In this document: piece by piece, positions 51,760-61,894 of the stretch
Layout of the letters: the number at the start of each line of letters is the position of its first letter
How positions within the stretch are numbered: the first letter of the stretch is position 1
NCBI GenBank assembly: GCA_964651555.1
Contig: CAZYVY010000002.1
Span: forward strand, 27,682-91,681
Reading direction: 5' to 3'
Origin: an uncultured Lachnospiraceae bacterium
GTDB taxonomy: Bacteria; Bacillota; Clostridia; Lachnospirales; Lachnospiraceae
DNA: 64,000 nucleotides
Position numbers and translations under genes: made by a program
Notes under the pieces: model-generated
What the model was told of the DNA's origin: nothing
Database searches by the model: none
What the model saw: only the letters and a program-made list of their open reading frames with translations

Positions 51760-52176
51760 TTAATAAGTTCTTTCTGCAGATGTTGTTGTTTTTGTCTCTG
51801 TATTAGCGCTACATGTCATATATGTACGATATGTGCCTCGGCCAACCTGATACGTCTCAGAAACGAATGCACTTCTTCCGCTTTGTGAATCGGACCAATC
51901 CTCTACATCAATCCACCTTCCGGATACATATTTCTGTAATATAACCTTAACATATGTACTGGTAACTCCGGTTTTCCCTCTGACCTCACCGGTAACAGTT
52001 GCCACACCTGAACTCGAAATGCTCAATTCCGTTTTATAAATCGAAATATAGGTCATTCTGGGTTCAACCTGCTTCTCTGTTTCTTTGGCATAACTTATCG
52101 TTGGAATCATCATTCCACTTACAAGTACGCACAAGCATAAAACAAAAACATTAAATAATCTTCTTAGTTTTTTCAT
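51760..52176 (-). CDS. Small secreted protein, paralog of 53635-54051
   Basis: Signal peptide; RM.YIS.Y.T.L.ISSSGVAT.TG.VRGK, RGTYR.YMTC.ANTE shared with the paralog. Confidence 0.8.
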   Translation of the reverse strand: MKKLRRLFNVFVLCLCVLVSGMMIPTISYAKETEKQVEPRMTYISIYKTELSISSSGVATVTGEVRGKTGVTSTYVKVILQKYVSGRWIDVEDWSDSQSGRSAFVSETYQVGRGTYRTYMTCSANTETKTTTSAERTY

Positions 52177-52202
52177 AAACTAATACCTCCCTTCATTAAC
52201 AA

Positions 52203-52231
52203 TAACGAAATATGCAGAGATATTTGTTACA
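52203..52231 (-). promoter_or_regulatory. ECF-type promoter motif
   Basis: TGTAACAAA-N12-TTTCGTTA upstream of 52176. Confidence 0.8.
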
Positions 52232-52304
52232 TTTTTTAAGAATATATTTTAAAAAAGTATTTTAAAAAGTTAAAGTTCAAAAATCTTTTTTATCTAGATT
52301 CATA

Positions 52305-52985
52305 TTAATTTTTCATACTATCAATTAATTGAAATAACTCCTCGTTATCCAGCCTATCTGCCGTGATTAAATATACATATTCTCCATATTCGTAATATGC
52401 TATTACATATCCATCCATATAAGAATAAATTGTAGCTGGTAAACCATCTATTTGTCTTACTTCCTTCGCATCATATTCCAAATCAATATACATACCTGTA
52501 TCTTCAAGAACTGATTGTTGTTCCCAAATAATCTGTTCTCCTACACTATTCTCATAGATAATAATCAGAGAAATAGAACTATCTATTCTTCCAACCTCAA
52601 TATAATCTTTCGGTATATATGTAGGTTCCGTATATTGGAATATTTCATTTTCGTCTACTAACGAATAGGAGTACTTTATTGAATCTTCATATATCCTACA
52701 AACGGTCTCAAAAAATTTTATTCTATACGCTTCCACACTCATCGTAAAAATAAAACTGATGCTGATTACTGTAATAAATATAATAGCAACTTTTTTAAGC
52801 ATATTTTTTATTATCCTGATCCATGGATGTGCCTCTTTTTTTATTAGACTTTTCATTTTTTTCTCAAATTCCTGCGAGAATTCCCAAGTTGTATCAACTT
52901 GATTTTCTATATGTTGTATAAGCGCTTTATCCAAAACAGGCATATATTTATATAACAATTCATCCGCCACTTCAATACTTTCCAT
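52305..52985 (-). CDS. Anti-sigma factor (DUF4367-like)
   Basis: FS.EFE.KM..LI, one TM, MSVEAYR, P.YIP..Y; overlaps the sigma stop codon. Confidence 0.78.
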   Translation of the reverse strand: MESIEVADELLYKYMPVLDKALIQHIENQVDTTWEFSQEFEKKMKSLIKKEAHPWIRIIKNMLKKVAIIFITVISISFIFTMSVEAYRIKFFETVCRIYEDSIKYSYSLVDENEIFQYTEPTYIPKDYIEVGRIDSSISLIIIYENSVGEQIIWEQQSVLEDTGMYIDLEYDAKEVRQIDGLPATIYSYMDGYVIAYYEYGEYVYLITADRLDNEELFQLIDSMKN

Positions 52986-53520
52986 CGTCAATATCCTCTA
53001 AATGTTTAATTGCTTCTCTTATTAATTCTTTCCCTCTTGAAATTCTTTGTCTGACATTTCCTTCTGATATTCCGAGTATGTCTGCTATTTCATCATTATC
53101 CAATTTGCTTGAATATTTTAAAAGAAAAACATCTCTGTATGTATCCGGCAAATTCTTCAATATATCCAAAATACGATTATCTAAATCGGTTTCAATATAT
53201 GTTATTGGTATTTCATTATCCGCTAATTCATCCACATATATTTCTCTTTTAATTTGAAGACTCCTTTTCCTATAAATATCTAAAGCAGAGTTTTTTGTAA
53301 TAATTATTATAAATCGTTTTGTCTCCTGGGTATTTATACCCTCAATTTTCTCCATATTTTGAGTAATCTTAACAAAAGTCTCATGAACCGCATCTTCCGC
53401 CAAATATTTATCGCGTAGGATATCGTATGCTACCTTTATCATCAAGTATCTGTACTTTTCGTAGAGGATTTCAAATTTTCTTCTATCCTCCTCCGTATCA
53501 ATCATCATTAAGTAAATCAC
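52972..53520 (-). CDS. ECF RNA polymerase sigma factor
   Basis: FE.LYEKYR, AEDAVHETF, LP..YR.VFLLKY, EIA..LGISEGNVRQRISRG. Confidence 0.92.
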   Translation of the reverse strand: MIYLMMIDTEEDRRKFEILYEKYRYLMIKVAYDILRDKYLAEDAVHETFVKITQNMEKIEGINTQETKRFIIIITKNSALDIYRKRSLQIKREIYVDELADNEIPITYIETDLDNRILDILKNLPDTYRDVFLLKYSSKLDNDEIADILGISEGNVRQRISRGKELIREAIKHLEDIDDGKY

Positions 53521-53550
53521 AAAGAACGTCCCTTATCCTCTCATTAATAG

Positions 53551-53579
53551 TAACGAAATAAACAGGTTATTTTGTTACA
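53551..53579 (-). promoter_or_regulatory. ECF-type promoter motif upstream of the second sigma gene
   Basis: TGTAACAAA-N12-TTTCGTTA. Confidence 0.8.
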
Positions 53580-53634
53580 AAATATTAAACTTATGACAGG
53601 CAGGATGTTAATCCTGCCGCCATAAGTTCTAATT

Positions 53635-54051
53635 CTAATACGTCCTATACGAAGAAGTCATTGTCTTCTCCTCAGTATTAGCCCTGCAGGTCATATAAAC
53701 GCGATATGTACCTCTACTGCTCAGCTGATAAGTTGTACCAATCGTCGCACCTGTACCATTGCCTGATGCTTCCCACGATTTAACATCTACCCAACCTCCG
53801 GATACACTCATCTGCAGAGTGCATTTTACATATGTACTGGTTGCATTAGACTTGCCTCTTACCAATCCCGTAATAGTAGCAACACCGCTGCTAGAAATAG
53901 TAAGATCTGTGGTATAACTGGAAATATAAGCCATTCTGGATTCAACCTTGGTAGTACTTTGGGCATAACTCTTAACAGGTAGCATCATGCTCCCAAATAC
54001 TACGCAAACACACACAACAGTTACCTTAAATAAAACTAATAATTTCTTCAT
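53635..54051 (-). CDS. Small secreted protein, paralog of 51760-52176
   Basis: Signal peptide ending SYA; high visible identity to the paralog. Confidence 0.8.
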   Translation of the reverse strand: MKKLLVLFKVTVVCVCVVFGSMMLPVKSYAQSTTKVESRMAYISSYTTDLTISSSGVATITGLVRGKSNATSTYVKCTLQMSVSGGWVDVKSWEASGNGTGATIGTTYQLSSRGTYRVYMTCRANTEEKTMTSSYRTY

Positions 54052-54083
54052 ACAGAAACCCTCCTTATTTTTTATATTAATAA

Positions 54084-54112
54084 TAACGAAACGAGCATGC
54101 TATTTTGTGACA
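54084..54112 (-). promoter_or_regulatory. ECF-type promoter motif
   Basis: TGTCACAAA-N12-TTTCGTTA upstream of 54051. Confidence 0.8.
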
Positions 54113-54156
54113 AAATCTCAAAAAATTTTTAAGATTTTTTAAATTTTTTTAAAAAT

Positions 54157-54190
54157 AGACCGGACAGAGATAAATCTCTCATCCGGTCTG
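54157..54190 (-). terminator. Terminator hairpin after the anti-sigma gene
   Basis: AGACCGGA..GAGA/TCTC..TCCGGTCT stem. Confidence 0.65.
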
Positions 54191-54233
54191 AAAAATACAT
54201 ATTTATTCATTATTTATATTTACAAAAGATTGT

Positions 54234-54911
54234 TTAATTCATACTGTTAAAAATTTTAACCGCTTCTTCCACAGATATTTTTTTTGCAGACATAACAAAA
54301 ATATATCTTTCATATTCATAATATGCCATCAAGGAATTATCTTCATATAATGATATTAGCAATGTGCCCTCCTCCAATGGCTCATATATTTGCCTGTCAT
54401 ATTCCGAATCTATAACATTACCTTTTCCATTTGTCACTATCATTTGATCCCACGCGATTTCATCACCATTATCATTCCTATAAACAATACTCAGTAAATC
54501 ATCAGTACTTACCCTACTAACCTCCACATATCCCTCCGGAACATACTGAGGTTCTCTACTATGGAAACTCTGATCTTCTTCATCCGTAAAATATGTATAA
54601 ATAATCGAATCTTCCCATATTTTCTGCACGGTTTGGAAGAACTTAATTCGATACGCTTCCACACTCATAGTCATGGCAAACATAACTCCGATAATACATA
54701 AGAACACAATCGCAACCTTTTTCAGGAATCGCAAGAAATCACCAATCCAATGATGTTCTTCTTTCCATATCAGACGTTTCATTTTGCGCTCAAATTCCTC
54801 TGAAAACTCGTAATTGTAATCCACCCGACACTCGAGACTTATAATCATGGCATTGTCTAATATGGGCACGTATTTGTATAACAATTCATCTGTTACTTCA
54901 ATTTGACTCAT
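54234..54911 (-). CDS. Anti-sigma factor (DUF4367-like)
   Basis: Paralog of 52305-52985; PQYVPEGY; overlaps the sigma gene. Confidence 0.78.
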   Translation of the reverse strand: MSQIEVTDELLYKYVPILDNAMIISLECRVDYNYEFSEEFERKMKRLIWKEEHHWIGDFLRFLKKVAIVFLCIIGVMFAMTMSVEAYRIKFFQTVQKIWEDSIIYTYFTDEEDQSFHSREPQYVPEGYVEVSRVSTDDLLSIVYRNDNGDEIAWDQMIVTNGKGNVIDSEYDRQIYEPLEEGTLLISLYEDNSLMAYYEYERYIFVMSAKKISVEEAVKIFNSMN

Positions 54912-55449
54912 TCTGTTTCTCCTCTATTTCATCCATTTTTTCCTGTAATATTACTTTTCCCCTGACTATTCTCTTTCGGACCGCAGCTTCCGTAATATTA
55001 AAAATCTGCGCAATTTCTTTATTATTAAACCCGCAGGAATATTTTAATAAAAAAGTATCTCTGTACTTTTCCGGCAATTCTTTCAGCGCTCTTACCACAA
55101 TAGTAGCCTCCAGGTCTTCTATACTTTCTGATACAGATAGCTCACAATACTCCATACTCCCTATGTAGTTATCCAGCTTCTGATTCATCCTGTTTTTTCG
55201 ATACAAATCAATCGCGACATGTTTTGTAATAATAATCAAAAACCTCTTGGTTCTATTACTAACCGGCTTATTAACGCATGCCATATTCTTGGCCACTTTT
55301 TCAAATGCATTATGTACAGCATCTTCCGCATCATGATAATTGCCCAATATATCAAATGCCACCTTCATCATCAAATATCTGTATTTTTCATATAACACAA
55401 CAAACTTTCTTTTGTTCTCTTCACCATCAATCAATAATAAATATATCAT
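54898..55449 (-). CDS. ECF RNA polymerase sigma factor
   Basis: LYEKYR, DAEDAVH.AF, LPEKYR..FLLKY, EIA..F.ITE..VRKRI.RG. Confidence 0.92.
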   Translation of the reverse strand: MIYLLLIDGEENKRKFVVLYEKYRYLMMKVAFDILGNYHDAEDAVHNAFEKVAKNMACVNKPVSNRTKRFLIIITKHVAIDLYRKNRMNQKLDNYIGSMEYCELSVSESIEDLEATIVVRALKELPEKYRDTFLLKYSCGFNNKEIAQIFNITEAAVRKRIVRGKVILQEKMDEIEEKQNESN

Positions 55450-55487
55450 TTGTGCCTCACATTTTTATCTCAATTTAAATTTGTAAT

Positions 55488-55516
55488 ATTATACATCTAA
55501 TATCTTTTCTTCTCAA
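55488..55516 (-). promoter_or_regulatory. sigmaA promoter of the first ECF operon
   Basis: TTGAGA(55516-55511)-17bp-TATAAT(55493-55488). Confidence 0.7.
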
Positions 55517-55564
55517 GAAATTATAGATTTTTATCATAAAATATATAACTCAGCCCTACATTTC

Positions 55565-56713
55565 TCACTCCCCGTACACAATCTCTCCGTCCACAATTGT
55601 CCACATGGTTCTGGTTGCGATTTCCAGCGGATTCCCTGTAAAAACAGCCACATCCGCATCCTTCCCTTTCCGGAAGCTTCCTACTCTGTCATCCACTCTG
55701 CAGATACGTGCCGCGTTGATGGTAATTGCTTTTAAAGCCTCCTCCATGGGCATACCTGCTTTTACAGCCAGACCGGCACACAGCGGTAAATATTGAATCA
55801 GTGATACCGGATGGTCGGTAGTAATGGCAGACAGAATCCCTGCCCCACTAATCACCTTATTGGTTTTAAAATTCATATACTGCACCTCCGGCTTTGACCG
55901 TGCCGTCAGATCCGGGCCGATAATCATGGGGAATCCGGATGCTTTTATTTCATCTGCAATCAGATGCCCTTCCGTTCCATGGTCGATGGTAATATCCACA
56001 CCAAATTCTTTGGCAATACGGATGGCTGTCAGAATGTCATCTGCCCGATGGGCATGGGCCTTCATTGGAATCTCCCGGTTTAACACAGGAATCCAAGGCT
56101 CCATCTCAAAATCTTCCTGCTCTAAAGTACCACTGACTTTATCAGTCAAATACTGCTTTGCCTGAAATAACGTTTTGCGAAGCATGGCTGCAGTCCCCAT
56201 TCTTGTAGAGGGATACATATCTTTATCTCCATAAGCAGTCTTTGGATTTTCTCCAAAAGCCACTTTCATGGCGGCAGGATTTTTTACTACCATATCATCA
56301 ATACAGCGTCCGTGAGTCTTCATAAAAAGAAATTGTCCGCCTACTACATTGGCACTTCCCGGACCAACCATAACGGAAGTAATCCCGGCAGCAATTGCGT
56401 CATGAAATGCCGGATCCATTGGGTTTACGGCATCAATTGCCCGCAGTTCAGGTGTAACCGGATTGGTCCCTTCATTACAGTCATCTCCCATAATCCCCAG
56501 CTTTTCTTCAATAATACCAATATGGCAGTGCGCTTCAATGATTCCGGGCATTACCCATCCGCCTTTGGCATCCAGAATCTTTTCATCCTCCTCTGCCTGA
56601 GGACAAACTGCCATATCTCCCGCTTCCTGAATTTTTTTTCCTTTTATGCGTAAAAAACCATTCTCGTATGTTCCGTTTTCCATTGTAAGGATTTTACCGT
56701 TAACAATCAGCAT
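55565..56713 (-). CDS. Amidohydrolase family protein
   Basis: PG.I.AH.H.G, K.AFGENPK, HAHRADDI, TDHP, TINAA, GS...GKDAD. Confidence 0.88.
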   Translation of the reverse strand: MLIVNGKILTMENGTYENGFLRIKGKKIQEAGDMAVCPQAEEDEKILDAKGGWVMPGIIEAHCHIGIIEEKLGIMGDDCNEGTNPVTPELRAIDAVNPMDPAFHDAIAAGITSVMVGPGSANVVGGQFLFMKTHGRCIDDMVVKNPAAMKVAFGENPKTAYGDKDMYPSTRMGTAAMLRKTLFQAKQYLTDKVSGTLEQEDFEMEPWIPVLNREIPMKAHAHRADDILTAIRIAKEFGVDITIDHGTEGHLIADEIKASGFPMIIGPDLTARSKPEVQYMNFKTNKVISGAGILSAITTDHPVSLIQYLPLCAGLAVKAGMPMEEALKAITINAARICRVDDRVGSFRKGKDADVAVFTGNPLEIATRTMWTIVDGEIVYGE

Positions 56714-56882
56714 ATGCTTAACTCCCTTCCCAAATTCCGTATTATTGTTACCGCCGCTGATTACAAATATACAACCGGGAACAGCTTCTGACGTTTCACC
56801 AATCTGCTTATAAAGCACAAAATCCCCTACCCTTTCGGGCAGAGGATTCTCTCCATTAACACCTACTATTTAAAACTGTTAT

Positions 56883-57626
56883 TTACAACAACGCTTCATC
56901 CGGCTTATAAAAAGGCAACGGTTTTAACTTAAACGCATTGATGCGGTTCATACGGTCAATCTTCGCCTTGGTTTCTTCGTCCTCACACACGCCGGTTCTG
57001 ATATATTTATCAAGCACTGCATAGGTAAAACCAATTTTATCTTCATCCGACATGCCGCTCAATCCGTCAGAAGGAATCTTGTGTACAAGATTATAGGGCA
57101 CGCCCAGATAATCTCCCACCTGAAGTACTTCCTCTACGGTAAGACCTGCTACGGGTCCAAAATCCCCTGCCGAATCACCATAACGTGTTGAATAGCCAAT
57201 CCAGTCTTCGGACAAATTACAGGTATTTGCCACGCGACCGTTCAACGTTTGGGAAAAAGCATACAAAGTAGTCATTCGAAGTCTCGGTGCCAAATTTAAG
57301 ACTGCCTGTGCGCTGGGCTCCAGACCTGCTGCCTTGATACTTGCCAATGTATTCTCATATGCATCTTTGATATTGGAAGTATAATTACGTATACCCAAAT
57401 GTTCCACCAGCTGTTTGGAATCTTCAATATCACACTGCTCACCGTTTGGCATCAGAATTCCCACAACTCGGTCTTTCCCCAAAGCTTCCACGCAAAGAGC
57501 TGCTACAATACTGGAATCTTTGCCGCCGGAAATACCAATCACCGCATTACAGCCCTTTCCATTCTCTTCAAACCAGTCCTGAATCCATTTTATAAGTTCT
57601 GCTGTTACTTTTTCTACCTGAAACAT
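56883..57626 (-). CDS. nadE: NH3-dependent NAD+ synthetase
   Basis: GISGGKDSS, N..PRLRM..LY, NLSE..IGY.T.YGD, PSDGL...DED. Confidence 0.92.
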   Translation of the reverse strand: MFQVEKVTAELIKWIQDWFEENGKGCNAVIGISGGKDSSIVAALCVEALGKDRVVGILMPNGEQCDIEDSKQLVEHLGIRNYTSNIKDAYENTLASIKAAGLEPSAQAVLNLAPRLRMTTLYAFSQTLNGRVANTCNLSEDWIGYSTRYGDSAGDFGPVAGLTVEEVLQVGDYLGVPYNLVHKIPSDGLSGMSDEDKIGFTYAVLDKYIRTGVCEDEETKAKIDRMNRINAFKLKPLPFYKPDEALL

Positions 57627-57967
57627 ATTCTTCCTCCGATATATCATTCTTTTTTATTGATTGTAATATTACAAATTTACATCTTATCAATTCCGAAATA
57701 TATCTCTTAGATTTTATCACTTGCTTTCTTTAATTACAACCGCCAAGATTGTAATTTACAGGAACATTTTGAAATTATATATCCATCAAATCAAGGTGGT
57801 AAGAAATATTTTATAATTTTTGCAGAACCGTTCTGAATGAAATATAAAATATCTCTACAGCTAACCATATTTATATTTTCAAATCTTTGATTTTAGTGTA
57901 AAATAAAAGTATTCAGCCGGCGCATTTAAAATGCGGCCGAGCCCCCCGCAAAAAGGAGGAAACAACT

Positions 57968-59191
57968 ATGTTAGCTACACTTATTCCTTTGTTTGATGAA
58001 AACATGACAGTCAAAGCCTATTCTCTGTTTTCACAAAAGAATAATTACTTTTTGGAACCCAGTTATACATCTACCGGCCTTTTAGATGGTGCAGGCCGCA
58101 TCAACGGTCTGGAAATCGTAGACAGTATGGGTTTTGAAACCTTATCTGCCGATAAGGAAATGTTCATTCCCATAAACAATATATCCATTTTCAGCGATAT
58201 CTCGGAACAGTGTCAGGCACCTCACGGACGAATCGTTCTTTTAATCGATAATACAGTGCTTCCTTCCGACATGTATATCAATCGTATGAAGGCCTTAAAA
58301 GAAGACGGCTATCGTTTTGCCATGCGCAAGCTTCCGGTATCCTCCTTTGAAGACTACCGCCAAATTCTTCTTTTATGCGATTATATTTTCCTGAACCACA
58401 AGAAAATAAACATTGAGAAGGCAACCATTTATTTTACAAAAATTTATCCTCACATCAAATTGATTGCGGGTAATATTACAACGACTGAGGAGTTTGAACA
58501 GTTAAAAGCAAAAGGCGGTTACGCTTTCTATGAGGGTGAATTTTACCGTACTCCCGTAACCGTAGGTGAGACCGAAGTTTCTCCTCTGAAAATTAATTAT
58601 ATTCACCTGTTGAATATCGTTAACGAGGATAATTTTGATTTGACCGATGCGGCGGACGTTATAGGCCGGGATACTGCTTTGGTTATCTCGCTGTTAAAAA
58701 TCGTTAACCGTATGGCAATCAATTCGGAGATTACTTCCATCCGTCACGCCACAGCAATGCTGGGACAGAAAGAATTGAAGAAATGGACCACCACTGCTGT
58801 TACCAGACAGTTGTGTCTGGATAAACCCAACGAAGTAACCCGTTTGTCTCTCATACGTGCTAAGTTTGCAGAAAACCTTGCTCCTGCTTTGGAAATGGGC
58901 ATTAAGGCTCCCGAACTTTTCCTCTTGGGTCTGTTCTCCGTTTTGGATATCATTCTGGACAAGCCGATGAAAGAGGCTCTGGATATGGTTATCGTATCCA
59001 AAGATATCCGTAAAGCGCTTGTTGACCATACCGGTCCACTGTATTTTGCTTATTATTTTATCCTGCAGTATGAAAATGCAAACTGGCAGGAAGTTTCCCG
59101 CATCATGTTAATAAGAAACATTGACATGGATAAAGTATATGAAGCTTATTGCGACGCCTTGAAGTGGTATCGCAGAATTTTCAGCGAATAA
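57968..59191 (+). CDS. Degenerate-EAL/HDOD signalling protein (YuxH-like)
   Basis: C-terminal HDOD (D.AL...LLK.VN, ITSIRHA..MLG, RAKF.E.LA, FLLGLFS.LD); N-terminal EAL-like region lacks the EAL/DDF motifs. Confidence 0.8.
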   Translation: MLATLIPLFDENMTVKAYSLFSQKNNYFLEPSYTSTGLLDGAGRINGLEIVDSMGFETLSADKEMFIPINNISIFSDISEQCQAPHGRIVLLIDNTVLPSDMYINRMKALKEDGYRFAMRKLPVSSFEDYRQILLLCDYIFLNHKKINIEKATIYFTKIYPHIKLIAGNITTTEEFEQLKAKGGYAFYEGEFYRTPVTVGETEVSPLKINYIHLLNIVNEDNFDLTDAADVIGRDTALVISLLKIVNRMAINSEITSIRHATAMLGQKELKKWTTTAVTRQLCLDKPNEVTRLSLIRAKFAENLAPALEMGIKAPELFLLGLFSVLDIILDKPMKEALDMVIVSKDIRKALVDHTGPLYFAYYFILQYENANWQEVSRIMLIRNIDMDKVYEAYCDALKWYRRIFSE

Positions 59192-59282
59192 TTGAATCAG
59201 GATACACAAAGGATAAATCCTCCCTTTACGATGACATTGTAAAAGGGACACATAAACCTAATTTGTACCTTGGGAGGCAAAC

Positions 59283-59960
59283 ATGGCATATCAGATTTTA
59301 TTGGTTGAAGACGATTCACAAATCCGTGAAGTAATCTGCGATTATTTCCAGGATAAAAGCAAAGGTGAAATGGTAATGCACGCCTATGACAACGGCGACA
59401 ATGCTTTGAAAGCCATTTACGAAAACGAATTTGACCTGTGTATATTGGATGTCATGTTGCCCGGTGCAGACGGCTTTGAAATCTGCCGTACCATCCGCAA
59501 AGACAGCATCGTTCCCATTATGTTTATCACGGCAAGAGGCCGAGAAGAAGACGTTCTCTACGGCTACCAGCTGGGCTGTGATGACTATGTGGTAAAACCC
59601 TTCTCTCTTGCGGAGTTCTACGCCAAAACCCAGGCGCTCTTAAAACGCGCCAAGGGTATGGTGGCAGGACCTTGGTTATCATGTGGTGAAATTGCCATAA
59701 ATCCTTCACGCTACCTTGTATCCGTGGAAGGACACCCCATTAACCTGCCACCAAAGCAGTTTGCACTCTTAAAATACCTGATGGAGAATAAAAACATCGT
59801 CGTTCCCCGGGAGACCTTACTGGTTAAAATCTGGGGATATGATTACGAAGGTGGTGAACGAGTGGTAGACAACCACATTAAGAAGCTCCGTCACGCGGTT
59901 GGTCCTTACAAGAACCAAATCAAGACCGTTATTACCAAAGGCTACAAAATAACGGATTAA
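59283..59960 (+). CDS. OmpR-family response regulator
   Basis: LLVEDD, ILDVMLPG.DG, ITAR, DDYV.KPF, winged helix VDNHIKKLR. Confidence 0.93.
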   Translation: MAYQILLVEDDSQIREVICDYFQDKSKGEMVMHAYDNGDNALKAIYENEFDLCILDVMLPGADGFEICRTIRKDSIVPIMFITARGREEDVLYGYQLGCDDYVVKPFSLAEFYAKTQALLKRAKGMVAGPWLSCGEIAINPSRYLVSVEGHPINLPPKQFALLKYLMENKNIVVPRETLLVKIWGYDYEGGERVVDNHIKKLRHAVGPYKNQIKTVITKGYKITD

Positions 59961-59997
59961 TGTGTTTTCCAATCATAAAAGGAAAGGATTTATTTTT

Positions 59998-61706
59998 ATG
60001 TCTAAAAATAGAAAAAAAGCCGGGTTGCCCGCTTGGGTAAGCGTAAAACTTTTAAAAGCATATTCTTCAAAAGATGGTTCGAGGTACTTCTCGCTTTCGC
60101 CATTTTGCTTGCAATCTTTGTTCCGGTAATTATAAGCAATAATCTTATTGCCATGGAAAATTTATTCTATGCGACAAATTCCAATGTACAGCATACCTTA
60201 GAGGACGCTTACGCTGATATCTACGGAGAGGGTTCTCTTGTGCCGGAAGAAGAACGCGAACAAGCCTTTATCGACCGCGCCAAATTCCGAATTACTACAT
60301 ACTCTTACGATTCAACATATTTCTGCATGTTATACGATTCCGATACCGGTGAAGTCATTGCAGACTGTGATGAATTCATTTTCTTAATTGCGCGTGAAAA
60401 CGAAGATGCACCCGCCATGATGTATACCTGCCCCACTTCTGCACTACCGGAATATGCAGCTTTATACGAAAGCATTGCCGAAGATTATAAAACATTCATA
60501 AAATATTACATTGAAGCAGAGGTGGAAACCTTTTACCTTAAGGGAAACGAGTTCCGCCCCGGTAAAATGACCGCTTATGTTATGCCCATGAATTACAATG
60601 AAACCTTACATGCTCCCGAAGAAATGGCTGTTGAAATTCACCACTTTGACTTTACACCTGATGAAAGTGGTTATACAGAGTGCAATGCCGACTCTTTTAA
60701 AAACATAATGGGTCCTTTTGTGTCAGGCTATGGCGATACCGCCTTCTATATGTTCCCGGAAACGGCTGCGAAAACTTGGGAATTATTACACGAAACCTAC
60801 GACGCCAAAACCGGGTGTGTTACCCCGGAAGAATCACATACAACTGTTACGTATGAAGGTGAAGCTCTGCTTATCGTATCTGAAACACCAATACACTTTT
60901 CCGCGGATACGGTTTATACCCTGCGCAGTGTATGTTACTTTGACACAGATGATATAATAAGCCTTCCTCTAATCATTTTTATCATTGCGATTATATTGCT
61001 TTCAGCCTTGTTCTGTTTTATCACTTCCAAGATTACTTACGCACACTTAAAAGCACAGTACGACATGGAAGACTACCGCAGGACTCTGATGAACACCATG
61101 GCGCACGATTTAAAGAGTCCGTTGATGTCCATTTCCGGCTATGCCGAGAATCTGAAAGAATCGGTACATTCTGAGAAACGCGAGCACTATGCTTCCGCCA
61201 TCATAGATAATGTAGACCATATGAACCGCATCATCAGCGACATCCTCTCCCTCTCCAAAACAGAGGACGGTAATGTGGTTCTGAACAAAACGGAGTTAAA
61301 TCTCGAAGACGTAATCCGCGAATGTTTGAAGAAATACGAATTGCAGATGAGCGAACGCAACTTACAGGCTGAAATTGTTGGTGCCTTAAGCTTTCATGCG
61401 GATCAAACACTTTTTACGGAAGCTATGGATAATCTCATTGGAAACGCCGTCAAATACGCTGACAGCGATTCGGTAATCGCTTTTACTTTAAATAAAAAAA
61501 GCATCGGTATTACAAACCAATGCATTACTGAAATCGGTGATGCAAATGAATTACTTAAGCCATTCGTGACCGGCAATGAAAACCGCAGTAACAAAGGCGG
61601 AAGCGGCTTAGGTCTGGCAATTGCCAAGAACATTATGGATTTGCACAAATTCAAGCTCAATATAAAATGCGAAGATAAAAAATTCAAAGTAGAAATCAAA
61701 TTGTAA
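59998..61706 (+). CDS. Membrane sensor histidine kinase, with an apparent frameshift near the start
   Basis: AHDLKSPL, NLI.NAVKY, GSGLGLAIAK; the RBS-bearing ATG 59998 is out of frame unless A7 at 60012-60018 is A8. Confidence 0.85.
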
Positions 61707-61798
61707 TACCCTATTTTCATATAGATTAACAACCAATATTCTACTCAATTTAACATCAAAATTTGCGAAGTTGAAACACTTTCATCAGTACATGAAAT

Positions 61799-61886
61799 GC
61801 CCCGGAAGAAGTGTTAACAAATGTATTCAAAGGGCTGCTGAGCGAAAGCGTCCCTGCGAAAACATTGTTAACACCACAACCGGGGC
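61799..61886. repeat. Long imperfect palindromic intergenic element
   Basis: CCCGG..GTGTTAACAAATGT..AGGG..GCGAAAGC..CCCT..ACATTGTTAACAC..CCGGG nested inverted repeats. Confidence 0.6.
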
Positions 61887-61894
61887 TTTATTAC

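Noticed and set aside
56740..56860. Riboswitch upstream of the amidohydrolase
   Set aside because: The only clear structure is a terminator-like hairpin after nadE; no recognisable aptamer consensus
56883..57626. nadE as part of the Sir2 system
   Set aside because: About 17 kb away in ordinary-composition housekeeping context
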